DNA from: Laetmonice hystrix
Lineage: Eukaryota
DNA length: 64,000 bases
Reading direction: 5' to 3'
Assembly (NCBI GenBank): GCA_965235115.1
Contig: OZ249440.1
Location: forward strand, 35,838,001-35,902,000
Below the pieces are notes generated by a model. The model worked only from the letters and a program-made list of their open reading frames with translations, searched no databases and was not told the DNA's origin. A program made the translations under genes and the position numbers. Numbering within the stretch: position 1 is the stretch's first letter; every line of letters begins with the position of its first letter. This document shows, piece after piece, positions 37,091 through 48,809 of the stretch.

Positions 37091-37470
37091 ACATCAGGAA
37101 TTCTGTTAAGGGGGTTAGTGTTGAAACGACAAATGTTCATTATTTCGGTCTCTTGGTTCATCCACAAAGCCCATTCACAGGTGAAATAATTAGCTCGGTA
37201 TCGCGTGACTGAAATATCGCAATGTATCAAAATATTACGATCCATCTCGTCTTCTGACATCAAAAAATAATAAGACTTAACCAAGTCAGCAAGTAGATAT
37301 TTATACTGTGGTGCTACCAAGGAGTATCCTTCACCATCCGTCCGATCAAGCGGAACTGGAAAGGTCTCAATAGTATACACGTCATAAAGGGGGCGAGGTC
37401 GCACTAAACGAATCTTTAGATGCAAATATAAGTGCGAACGTGTATGGTCGATTCTCACGAGACGTGGGCC
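37091..37470 (-). pseudogene. Envelope/fusion-like glycoprotein fragment (LTR-retroelement env-like)
   Basis: YDVYTIETFPVPL...YLL...C...CEWALW...I..ICRF pattern resembles env-like ORFs of invertebrate Gypsy elements (from recall). Confidence 0.5.
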
Positions 37471-38039
37471 ATTTGGAAAAAAAAAATTTTCTGATTGCCT
37501 CCAAATTTCTTTCACATAAAGTTGACATATTTAACTTTTCAAAAAGAAAGGGACCCCTTATCTCCAAAAACTGAAAAAGAACAACAATTTTAAGCTTAAG
37601 TCCATAGTCCAATGATGCCCTATAAAAGTCAATGGTATTTAAATAGGATGGTGCTTTATATTCCAGGTTAAGGATACACACGGGTGTAGGAATGTCAGAA
37701 TATGGTCAAAATATCGATTTTTTTCGAGTGACATATTCTCATAGCCACACATGTTGTCAATCACTTCCCAAAGCCGTTTTTTCCCAAAGTTGGTTTTAAA
37801 ATATAGAAAAAGAGTACTTAGTAAACACAACCACCCCAGCTTTTGTTCTAAAACGAAAATTCTAACTATTTATTGCATTTTGAATGGACCTTTTAACGCA
37901 CGACCGGCTAATGATGGTTGTGAAGGACACCCCTTGTTAATCAAAGAGATAATCATAACTTTTGAACGTGATTGAGTTTGATTGTTCAAGATTTTGTCTA
38001 ATGACTCAAAAGCCGATCCAACAAAAAAGCAACTTCAGA

Positions 38040-38720
38040 AAGTGTACCTTGACAATGATAAAAGTTGTTAACACAAAGCAGCCTGCCAAGCTTCAAATTC
38101 TTGTGCCACTACCGGGGGCAGAAGCACAACTTGTTTTGAAACCTTCAAATGTGCCACATTTAGGTTGGTATGGTTTCTGACAAAGTAGTCAAGGACTGCA
38201 TTTGCTATGGTGTGTTTGGTGTGTCTTTGACAGGCTGTATCTTGAGACGTGTTAAAGATAGTCATATGCAAATGCAACTGTTACAAAGTGCATAGAACCA
38301 GGTATACCACTGATTATTTAGTTCTTTTACCTCAAAGGTAATATAGCCAGGATTATAAGTTTTCATAGGCATAATCCACACAATGATATTTTTCTCCCTC
38401 TGATGGTTGGCGTCTCTGAATGAATGATGAATGAATGAATGATTGCGAAAGAATTTATTAACTTCCACAAAGTGGCTGATGATTCTCCGTGGAGTGATAT
38501 CCTGACCAAGAAGGCTGAGGAAATGTGCAGCACAAAAGCTCATTGTCTTCCTTTTCCAGTTCTCTCCTCATTGCCTCCATTTTCTTTTCATTGTCAGTTA
38601 GAACTGCACGGACCTTGCAACCAAATTTGTTAGACTCTTCCTGGGCAACTGATGCACAGTACAAGGCAGTTTTCTTGGTGGTACCAGTATTCTTTGCAGA
38701 TACAAAATGAACATGATGTG
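38040..38720 (-). pseudogene. hAT transposase fragment
   Basis: RAVLTDNEKKM and CAAHFLSLL (CxxH) motifs across frameshifts. Confidence 0.65.
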
Positions 38721-38729
38721 TTGGCTCAC

Positions 38730-39670
38730 ACTTACATGTATTACCAATTAAACTAGAAAACAGGGATAGAAATATAGGAGTTTAATTCTTCACAGAGAAG
38801 TAAATTCATATAAGACGTAAGAGGTAGTTCCTGGAGTACAGACGTACCAAAATGACTCACATCCATAATTCCGGGTACAAATGGACGAAGATGACCGACC
38901 CTGTCTAGACGTCTGGTGACCGACATCATTAAATATTCGACAGGAGCACGGTACTTCCAGGAATGGGCATAGAGGTAAACCAATGAGAAAGAGGCAGGTC
39001 GGAGGTAAGGTAAGCCAATGAGAAAGAGGCACGTAAGAGATGGGATTAAGTAGTTAGGACTTAACGGAAAACGAGATATAGATCGTGCAGGCTTACGAGA
39101 GAGAGAAAATGGGTGAAGTAAACTGTTATTCCCGGAGTATGAAGACGTATTGTACGTGTTCGGAAGTTATTGTGGGAATAGAAAACATTCATGGATTATA
39201 TGTGTGAAGGGTTATGTGCCAACTCGGATGGTGTTCTTGGAGATAAGGATTTAACTACTCGGTATGGAGGATGTGGAGTATAATAAAGGATCGAACCGGA
39301 TTTCCTGGAGTGTTGTCCATCTCACCCAAACCAGCGATGCTATACCAGAGTTAGCTCACCCTTATTACGACTCTGGAACTTTATTGGGGTAGACCTCTCG
39401 CACTACTAACAAAGTACCAAACGAACCTACATGGATCATATATGTGTGAAGCTTTATGCTACCATGTGGATTACATTCGTCAACAACAGGAGTTTAACTA
39501 CTCAATGCGGGAGATAAATCAAAACCACCCCAACGCAATTGGTTCCTGTGTGTGGACACTGTGAGCCACAACTGTGTTATTATGGATATCACTCCATCCA
39601 TCCTGAACTAGAGTAACGGTTTTGCCCTTGACTTCTGTTGCCACGGCTGTTTCCTTGTAGGCTGAGACAC
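38730..39670 (+). mobile_element. LTR-like solo sequence
   Basis: Duplicated CCAAT boxes (about 38980, 39015), TATA-like 39076, AATAAA 39281; no partner LTR. Confidence 0.3.
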
Positions 39671-39676
39671 TGAGAC

Positions 39677-39847
39677 CTTGTCAGAGGCTGGACTTCTTAC
39701 TCTTTTATAGATGTGTTTTGGTGGTGTTCCCGTTGGGACCCGGGATAAAATAGGTTCCTTTTGGTTTTATGGTCTTATAACTCTGTTTTCGCTGTGAAGA
39801 TGGCCCCGGATGCCGACACGGCGCAAAACCACCACTACTCACTCACC
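39677..39847 (+). mobile_element. I-group LINE 3' fragment
   Basis: Matches 29485-29655. Confidence 0.85.
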
Positions 39848-39849
39848 CT

Positions 39850-41170
39850 ATGCGGGCGTCTTATCTTGAATTGCCTACTCGTGGCATACTCTTCCCTTGC
39901 CAACCGGACCGCTCCTTCAAAAGTCGGAGGCCCTTCCTTAATTAGCCGGCGGGCCACAGTGTCACTACGAATACCATCTATAAAGGTTTTGGCCAACTCT
40001 CTTTGTACCATAACGAGCCTGCGTATAGGCTTCCTCTGCCTGTTCTCGCCTGCTCCGCATCAGTCTGATAGTCTGATCCCCTAGAGTGATATAGGCGTAA
40101 ACGTTCCCATCGGGGTAGGGGTCTAGGCAGACGGGGAGGGCTCGGCTTCCCAGGCCTGAGCTCTGGCCGGCGGGGGCGGGCCTGGCCCTCTCTACACTCT
40201 CCCTGAGCCCACTTAGGGCACCCGACATGCGCTCCATTTGGGCGTCAGTGCGTTTAACGCTCTCAGTCAGCAGCCTCGCTAGCTCACTCAATTGGTCGCG
40301 ATTCGCTGGCGGGTGATCCCAAGCTGCCCCATCAGTTGCCCCCCTTACTACTCCCTGCAAAACTTCTATGTTTAACGCGATGGCCACTGCATTGTCCCAT
40401 CCCTTAGGGCTGGCCCGGACTACTTCGGTTGCTATTTTCGGGTCTAGTCCCTTCATAAAGGCTGAAAGCATCATATACTTGCTCCTCGCCAGGCCTAACT
40501 TTGTGGACTCGTGCTGAATTCTGAGGCTAGAGTCCAGGACCGATTCACTCCTCTTCTGAACCAGCGAGAAGAGCTCCATAGGGGCCACCCATATGGGTCT
40601 GTCACGCTTGCACTTTTCGACAATGTAGTCACACACCAATTTGGGCTGGCCCTGCCTACAGTGTCTGAGTCTTTCCTCGAAAATGTGGACCACCCGTCTG
40701 GACAGCGCGTTCTCAATCAGCGCCAGAGCCACACCCTATACGCTCTGATCACGTTCATCGCTTTTCACGCCCACTGCTTGGCAGAGGACTTGTCGTCAAA
40801 CGTCAGAAACGGCACAGCTGGGGCCCCCGGGACGTGGTCATACTCTGTCCCACACCCCTCATTACCCCCATCATGGCCATACACTTCCGTGTCCGTCTCG
40901 ACCCACCGAACTCCGACGTGCTGGAGTCAGTGTCCATCAGCAGTCGACGCCCACCCCCCCTTCCGGCGGCCGTGCCCCCGCGGGTCCCCTGCCTCCGGGA
41001 CTCCCCCCGCCAGCCTGTAAACGAAGGCGGCGTCTGCACCGCTGAATCTGCCATTTGGACGGCCAACCGCCTCCTCCCCCGAAGCAGCCGGGGGCAGCAG
41101 GGTGACCCTCGATCTAGCGGGATCTGTGGGGATTTTCTGTTGAGCCCCGTATATCCACTCAGCATCCTCC
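39850..41170 (-). pseudogene. gag: Degenerate Gypsy-type gag fragment
   Basis: AFMKGLDPKIATEVVRASPKGWDNAVAIALNIE capsid C-terminal pattern; GC-rich, frameshifted. Confidence 0.5.
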
Positions 41171-41339
41171 AAAGATTAAAATAGGTATAGGTCTACATAT
41201 TTCTGACCTGTGTGTGGCCTATACATACCACTTCCAATATATTACTATGTCTGCTGTAGAGAAGATGCATACATTATAGATCCACCAAACGTGGAAACAT
41301 GAAATATTAAGAATAAAATGTAGAAAATATGAAATTATA

Positions 41340-41613
41340 CTTGATAATACGTTTTTGGCATCTTTTTAGGAATGTCAGACCGGGAGTAATTTTACAGTTT
41401 TTTTTAGAGGCTGGAATTCTGACTCTTTTGTAGTTCGGGCTCGAGGATAGCCTTGTTGGGCTGACAGGATGGAGTGTGTTTCAATAATATTCCCATTGGG
41501 GCCCGGGATAAAATAGGTTCCTTTCATTTTATGGTCTTTTAACTCTTTTTTTTCGCTGTGAAGATGGCCCCGGATGCCGACACAGTACAAAACCACCGTT
41601 ACTCGCTCACTCA
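41340..41613 (+). mobile_element. I-group LINE 3' fragment (variant 3'UTR)
   Basis: Same 3' end with the extra ...gggctgacaggatggagtgtg... block. Confidence 0.75.
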
Positions 41614-42769
41614 CTTTTTAAGAGACTCCTTGTCGCCAAAGGTGATTGAGATCAAAGATATGTACATCATCAAAGATATGTACATCATCACAAGCTACCA
41701 TTGAATGAATATATCCACCGTGAATACACATATACACACACATGTCCGTGATTGTCCTATGAACTTTTGGTGGGTTGCTGTTGTTCGCACGTCCAGGGAA
41801 TAAGAGTCACATAATGTCCGTTTTTGATGAATCCTCACACAGAATGTCTCTGGCGAACACACACACACATAATAATCCATTTGTCAGTCTCCACATTTGA
41901 ATTTAACGGCTTCCTGCTCCTTCCTGTCTCCTACTGTGCACACACTCTTTCTGCTCACTCTCCCTGCTTTGCTCACTGGTGTACCCTCCTCTCTGGTGAT
42001 GGGTGACTCCTATATTTAACCCTTAGGCGCGGACGTCGGAGAAAACATGCTGCTCCTGAGTGACATATACTCTTGGGTGGTTGTGTTTTCTCCCATCAAC
42101 AAAATAATTTTTACAAAGGCCCGTGTTAAATGAATGACATAAAAGGCACCATTAGATTCTTGGCACGTTTATCTGCACACTGGTATAAATCACTTCGATA
42201 GGTTTTCTACCAACAAATTAATATGCGAATATAACCTTAATTCTAGGAACATTTATGATGATAAAAACCACTAATTAGTCTATTTACGACATGAAAAAGT
42301 CAACATACATTTATGCAAAAATCCATAAGGTAAGATACGATAGGAGGGATGTTCCAAGATACGATAGGAGGGATGTTCCAACATAAAACTCATAACTGTA
42401 GGTCCCATATGTGGACTACAATAAATATAAAGTAACTTAAAAGAAACACACGGCTAGAAGTTAAGTGGTCGTCATCTTGGTTTAGCCTAAGGCCAAGTGT
42501 GTAATTTAAATGTTTAAATATCTCGGGTTATATTAAAGTTACATACATGAAATATGTACCAAAAGAATCCTTGTGTTATGAGGAATTGGCTACCATAGTT
42601 AAAATATCTTAAAGAGTACAAAATGATGTAATGTGACACACGTATTATGTAAAACAATAGATTGACCTAGATTTGGAGCAATTAGGTCAGTCTTGAGCAG
42701 ACAAGTTGGCTACTGAACCTAAGTCTAAAATTATGTCCTACTCTGGGCCCGGTAAATCCGTCACACCAA

Positions 42770-43614
42770 GTAAGTCTTACATACGGCTTCTGGACACGGT
42801 TCACCACCAGGGTTTGCGGCTTTCACTTGGGGCTTTTAGAACGTCTCCTGTTCAGAGCCTCTATGTGGAGGCCAGAGAGCCCTCGCTTTACAACAGGCGT
42901 CTGAAGCTGGCTCTGCAGTATGCAGTCAAGCTCAGGACAAACAGTTCAAATCCAGCTTACAATTGCGTTTTTCACCCTCAGTTCCAACATTTATATGAAA
43001 GGAAGGAAACGTACATACGTCCTTTTGGACTGAGGGTGAAACCTCATCTAGAGGAACTGGATGTTGATCTGAACGTCCTGGGGCAGACACACTTTTGCAA
43101 TATCCCTCCTTGGGACCTAGAAAAGCCTGATGTCATCCTTCAGTTGACTCAACTGAAGAAGTCGGAGACTCATCCCCTGACATATTTTGACCATTTCCTT
43201 GACGTCCAGGCAAGGTATCCGTCTCATTATGCCTTCTATACTGATGGCTCAAAGGATGGCAGTGATGTGTCTGCGGCAGCAGTTTATGGCAAGCACAACT
43301 TCGGTACCCGCATCTCAGGGCAAAGTTCTAGCTTCTCAGCAGAGGCCCGGGCCCTGCTTCTTGCCCTTCAAAATATTGAAGTTTCTGGCAAAAAGGACTT
43401 CCTAATTTTCTCGGATTCCTTATCATGTCTGCAGGCACTTGCTAACTTGAACACAGATCACCCAGTGATCGTCCAAATCTTGTCCAAGTTGGCAGTGCTT
43501 GCCAATGCAAACTTTGACATTCACTTTTGCTGGGTGCCCGGCCATGTTGGCATACCGGGCAATGAGCAAGCCGACAGAACTGCCAAGAGAGCGCTTGAAA
43601 CAGACGTCAAACTG
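42770..43614 (+). pseudogene. I-group LINE ORF2 fragment (post-RT linker plus RNase H)
   Basis: GLRLSLGAFRTSPVQSLYVEA, YTDGSK, SAEARA, SDS, WVPGHVGIPGNEQAD. Confidence 0.9.
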
Positions 43615-44029
43615 TGTTGGCCGGTCACCCCTGGCACCTATATAAACTTCCCCGCTTAAGAAATCAGAGGAGTGAAGTGCGCGCCTCGATATGCCTGAAA
43701 CTGGTGTCAGCCGGGGTCAGGTATGGAGAGGACTTGGCTATTGAAACAGCAATACTCCATTCCTCACTAGGAATTGGAATAAAGCGTGGACATTGGATTT
43801 ACTTCAATGCAAGTGTTTGGGACTTGGTGTGTGTAGCCTCTCAACGCCAGCGAGAGTGCTTTGCTAGCCCAGCTAGTTTCCCTTTACATTGAACTTTATG
43901 GTGGAGAACGAGTGAACAGTAACTTAACATCTAAGCTACCGTGCGCTAAGAAGAATAACATCTCACTCTCACAACAACTACCACGCAAACCAACGAACAA
44001 AGAAACACGCACACACAGCAGTCCCAACA
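43615..44029 (+). mobile_element. Short LTR-like insert
   Basis: TGTTGG...CCAACA termini, TATATAAA and AATAAA inside; truncates the LINE. Confidence 0.45.
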
Positions 44030-44059
44030 CAACAGCATAGTTTCTGCTCATCCTCGGGG

Positions 44060-44322
44060 TCAATTTTATAGTTCAGGCTCGTCGACAGGATGGAATGTGT
44101 TTCAATGATATTCCCGTTGGGGCCCGGGATAAAATAGGCTCCTTTCATTTTAAGGTCTTTTAATGAATATGAATATGATCAAGTCTCACCATCTTTTCTT
44201 TTGGTGGTGTTCCCGTTGGGACCCGGGATAAAATAGGTTCCTTTGGTTTTATGGTCTTATAACTCGCCGTGAAGATGGCCCCGGATGTTGACACGGCGCA
44301 AAACCACCACTACTCACTCACT
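44060..44322 (+). mobile_element. Two adjacent I-group LINE 3'UTR fragments
   Basis: cccgttggg.cccgggataaaatagg block present twice, ending in (ACTC)n. Confidence 0.75.
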
Positions 44323-44679
44323 CCTCGGGGTCAAGGTGAGGTCAAACAAAGTCGATCTCGGCACATTGAATTTCTTCGCCGATGCTCTAACCTGCATCCC
44401 CTGAGCACAACTTTGGATGGGTTCTTCCATATTACGCTTAGATTGATTTTTGGAAATTTAAACACCGATTAATAATTCGGTATACTTTTCCCCCATTACC
44501 CTAGTTGCTTCTGGCTCATTCTTTCTTAGGTGGGACAATAATTGCAAAGTGTGAAAGAAAAGATGAAAAATTCTAAACTGTGTACAGCTGAACTGTTCAT
44601 GATCAGACGATTCCAAACATATATGATACACATTGGTCGGATTTTGTTGGATCCGTTTCAGATTTTGTTGGATCCGTTT

Positions 44680-45414
44680 TGTCAGTGTCTAAGCCCTATT
44701 CCCCACACATGGTCATACCTGTTGCATTCAGCAAAGACTTTGTTTTTCTTTTCCAACAGCTCGGCTATTTTCGGATTCTTCTCTTGGCTTAATTTTTCCC
44801 CCGACGCCCGTCTTCATCACCTCTGCCGCGGCCCTGATCCAGTGGGGTTCATAGACTGTACAGCTTTTTTTACCAACTGTTTTTGAGATGTAGGATCTTT
44901 CTCATCAGACAAAGGTTTTATAATGAGACGAGTCTTAGGGATCTTTTTAGCAATGTCAGACCAGGAGTGATTTTAGAGTTCTTGTCAGAGGCTGGACTTC
45001 TGACTCTTTTATAGATGTGTTTTGGTGGTGTTCCCGTTGGGACCCGGGATAAAATAGGTTCCTTTGGTTTTATGGTCTTATAACACTGTTTTCGCCGTGA
45101 AGATGGCCCCAGATGCCGACACGGCGCAAAACCACCACTACTTACTCACTCACTCTTTCTCATGTAGGACAAGTTTAGCAACATCATGCTTGCCATGATG
45201 AAGGGCACATTTCTATCGAAAGTATTGTTTAACACAGTTAAAGTTCATTCCATCCACCTCGATGTTGCAGGGATAGACGTTGCTATATGGCGAGAGCTTA
45301 CCAAAAAAGAAGATGTGTTTCCCAGTCTCTACAGTGTGTTCAGGGATATCAGGTGGTAGACGCACCCTAGAGTAACATTTCCCTTCAACGATAAGGCAGT
45401 CAGCAACTAATACC
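44680..45414 (-). pseudogene. Second, decayed LINE ORF1 C-terminus-NADAR fusion, split by an I-LINE insertion
   Basis: Manual translation: LIVEGKCYS..LPPDIP..HIFFFGKLSPYSNVYPCNIEVDGMNFNCVKQYFR*KCALHHG...HEKDPTSQKQL / HWIRAAAEVMKTG / KLSQ..N..ELL...VFAECNRYDHVWGIGL. Confidence 0.85.
44906..45153 (+). mobile_element. 5'-truncated I-group LINE insertion with TSD
   Basis: TSD TCTTTCTCAT at 44896-44905 and 45154-45163. Confidence 0.9.
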
Positions 45415-45894
45415 TGAAAAATAAATCAACAAACATGGCCATCTTTGGGTTCTTTTTTATCTTGCGACTGAAGGAAAAAAAACCGTCTAAATTATAATGT
45501 TTGAACCCCCTAAAGTTAAAATGTGTGTATCTGCAAAATTTTACGGGGGTTCAAACCCCCTGAAATACCCATAGAGGGCCTCTCTCTGTAAGCCATGCTG
45601 CCTGGAGTTATATTAACCTGACTGTAGTAGAAGCTGAAATCTGATTGGTTCAATTAGAATTTCCTTCCTAACTAAGCCGAGGACTCGTTGGCTGAAGGTG
45701 GCAGATAGAACCATGTTATTTTCAACCAGTGTTCACTTAGGGAGTTGGAACTTTATTCTGTTCTAGACTTCACACCACTACGTTTCGTGTGCTACAACTG
45801 GGTCATTAGATAGAACTTTGTAACACCAACAATATGCAACATCAAACTCAATTTTGACCAAAATGTCAGTTAGAACCCTGTAATTTTCAGGTCG

Positions 45895-46131
45895 CGAAGT
45901 CTTAAGGATCTTTTTAGCAATGTCAGACCAGGAGTGATTTTAGAGTTGACTTCTGACTCTTTTATTGTTCAGTCTTGTCAGTAGCTGACAGGATAGAGTG
46001 TGTTTCGATGATATTCCCGTTGGGGCCCGGGATATAATAGGTCCATTTCATTTAATTGTCTATTTGCTTGGTTTTCGCTGTGAAGATGGCCCCGGATGCC
46101 GACACAGCACAAAACCACCACTACTCACTCA
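45895..46131 (+). mobile_element. I-group LINE 3' fragment (variant 3'UTR)
   Basis: Shared 3' sequence and accaccactactcactc tail. Confidence 0.75.
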
Positions 46132-46244
46132 ATTTAGTATCTTAAGGTGTTTTTCCTAAATCATGATTTGAAATCTTTGACCATCTGATCTTTGTTGGGT
46201 ACATCAAAGGCAGCTGATAAAGAAGGAGGAGCTGCAGACTCCAT

Positions 46245-46880
46245 GTGCTATCGCTCTTCTTGCAGTTTGAAGCCTCTCCTGATGATTTCAGCAGCATAGT
46301 GGAATGTTGGTTGGGTCTTTTGTCTTCTTACTTCTCGGGAAGCTGTAGCTGTATATCGGTCTTCTACTTTTCATTACAGCTTGCATTCTTCCAGAATTTT
46401 CATTGTAGTGCATTGATGCTAGCAGCAGCCATGTATACATCCCCCAGTACGAGAAGGCTTCGGTACAAACTGGACATCCTTGGCTTCCAGGGATGAGGTG
46501 TGGTAGACTGGCAAGAGTTGGAAGATGTCACTGAGTAGTGTTGTCATTTGTTGTCAGCGGCTCATGATCGCATGCCAGGTACAGTGGGTCATCATGGGTG
46601 TGAATGTTTTGTACATGTGCAGAGACTGCCTTGAACTTGGCAACCACAGTATCCCTGTTGGCTGAACTTTTTTTTAAAGGATTGGTCCCTGGGATTTTTC
46701 CAACCATAATCTTTGGTCAAGCTATGAAGCAAGTACCTTTTGCAAAAACTGAAAGAGTTAACGGATTGTTAGTTGTCTCAATTCTGAGTCCCTCACCAAG
46801 GAGCAGAAATATTGCCTGCTGCAACCCTTCATGTTCCATTCAGGCGGAGATCTGAACTTCATTCTTCTGCACAAGCTGGA
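46245..46880 (-). pseudogene. DNA transposase remnant (possibly Kolobok-like)
   Basis: FSYWGMYTWLLLASMHYNENSGRMQ motif. Confidence 0.4.
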
Positions 46881-46897
46881 CAGTAGTGACCTTCTGT

Positions 46898-48186
46898 AGA
46901 CATATTTTGAACATTTTCTTGACGTCCAGGCAAGGTATCCCTCACATTATGCCTTCTATACTGATGGCTCAAAGGATGATGGTGATGTGTCTGCGGCTGC
47001 AGTTCATGGCAAGCACAACTTCGGCACCCGCATCCCAGGGCAAAGTTCCATCTTCTCAGCAGAGGCCCGGGCCCTGCTTCTTGCCCTTCAAAATATTGAA
47101 GTTTCTAGTGAAAAGGATTTCCTCATTTTCTCGGATTCCTTATCCTGTCTGCAAGCACTTGCTAACTTGAACACAGATCACCCAGTGATCGTTCAAATCT
47201 TGTCCAAGTTGGCAGTGCTTGCCAATGCAAACTTTGATATTCACTTTTGCTGGGTGCCTGGTCATGTTGGTATCCCGGGCAATGAGCAAGCTGACAGAAC
47301 TGCCAAGAGGGCTCTTGAAACAGACGTCGAACTGTGTCCAATCCCAGCCTCTGACCTCAGACCTGCCATCTGGGCTTACATTAAGAACAAATGGCAGGCT
47401 GAATGGGATGAACAACCAAACAATAAATTGTATCAGATCAGTCCTGTCGTGAACCAAAGGTGTCTTCACGGCCTAACCCAACGTAGGCATGAAATTGTTT
47501 ATACTCGATGCAGGATTGGTCATTCTAGATTAACCCACGTGTTTTTATTGAAGGGGGAGCCACCTCCAGAGTGTCATGGCTGTCAGTGTCCTTTGACACT
47601 GAGTGTGGTGATTTTACTCTGATCAGACAACGGTTTTATAGTGAGACAAGTCTTAAGGATCTTTTTAACAATGTCAGACCAGGAGTGATTTTAGAGTTTT
47701 TGTCAGAGGCTGGACTTCTGACTCTTTTATAGATGTGTTTTGGTGGTGTTCCCGTTGGAACCCGGGATAAAATAGGTTCCTTTAGTTTTATGGTCTTATA
47801 ACTCTGTTTTCGCCGTGAACATGGCCCCGGATGCCGACACGGCGCAAAACCACCACTACTCACTCACTCACTCTCGTGAACCAAAGGTATCACAGCCTGA
47901 CCCAACATAGGCATGAAATTGTATTTACTCGATGCAGGATTGGTGATTCTAGATTAACCCATGTGTTTTTATTGAAGGGGGAGCCACCTTCAGAATGTTA
48001 TGGCTGTCAGTGCTTGTGGTGATTTTACTCTGATCAGACAACGGTTTTATAATGAGACAAGTCTTAAGGATCTTTTTAGTAATGTCAGACCAGGAGTGAT
48101 TTTAGAGTTTTTGTCAGGGGCTGGATTTGACTCTTTTGTAGTTCAGGCTTGTCGATAGCCCGGTTGGGCTGACAGGATGGAGTGTG
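46898..48186 (+). mobile_element. Two tandem truncated I-group LINE copies
   Basis: RNase H ORF 46987-47622 with CHGC knuckle, tail at about 47850-47872, second copy 47874-48186 with variant 3'UTR. Confidence 0.9.
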
Positions 48187-48189
48187 TAA

Positions 48190-48809
48190 GCAACAGGGTT
48201 TCGATGGAAGAATAACTGGTACATGAGTTGGTATCTTCATTTATTTTCCATTGTAAGGGCTACCCAGCAAACCGACACGCCCAGACGGCTGACGATTGAC
48301 GTCCTCCTGGCCAGGCTTCCACCTCCGACCCGCTGGGTCTCCTGCGTATGTGCAGAAACCGATTGTGTTATATGCGACAACCCTCAATGCCACACACAGT
48401 TACGAGGACAGTCTACCAATATGCCCCATACCAAAACAGTTCATGCACCGTCCCTGGGCTCGGACGATACTGATCCTCTCCATGATCCTCATGGCCTTGA
48501 ACCTGGTACACGAGATGGCACCGTGTAGCCCATCACAACACCAACACTACCTGCACTCTGCCCTGATGCGGATGACTGAGATGGGTTATTGGATACATCG
48601 TTTGTTTGCACAGCATAGCTGGATTTTGTGGGCTGCCTTATCTTCTCCACGGGTTTCCTTTCGGGCTCCACTAGTGAACCAAACACGGGATCAGACACCT
48701 CCCTCGCTGCCTGCTCAACGAACCCCACCACATCCTCAAACTGTGGTCGCCTCTGCTTCTTTATCTCCTTATTCTGTGAGAGCAATCGTGTCCTTAGACG
48801 TGGTGGTAG
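48190..48809 (-). pseudogene. gag: BEL/Pao gag, 3' part
   Basis: PPRLRTR...FEDVVGFVEQAAREVSDPVFG and knuckles CWCCDGLH..C, CMNCFGMGH. Confidence 0.8.
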
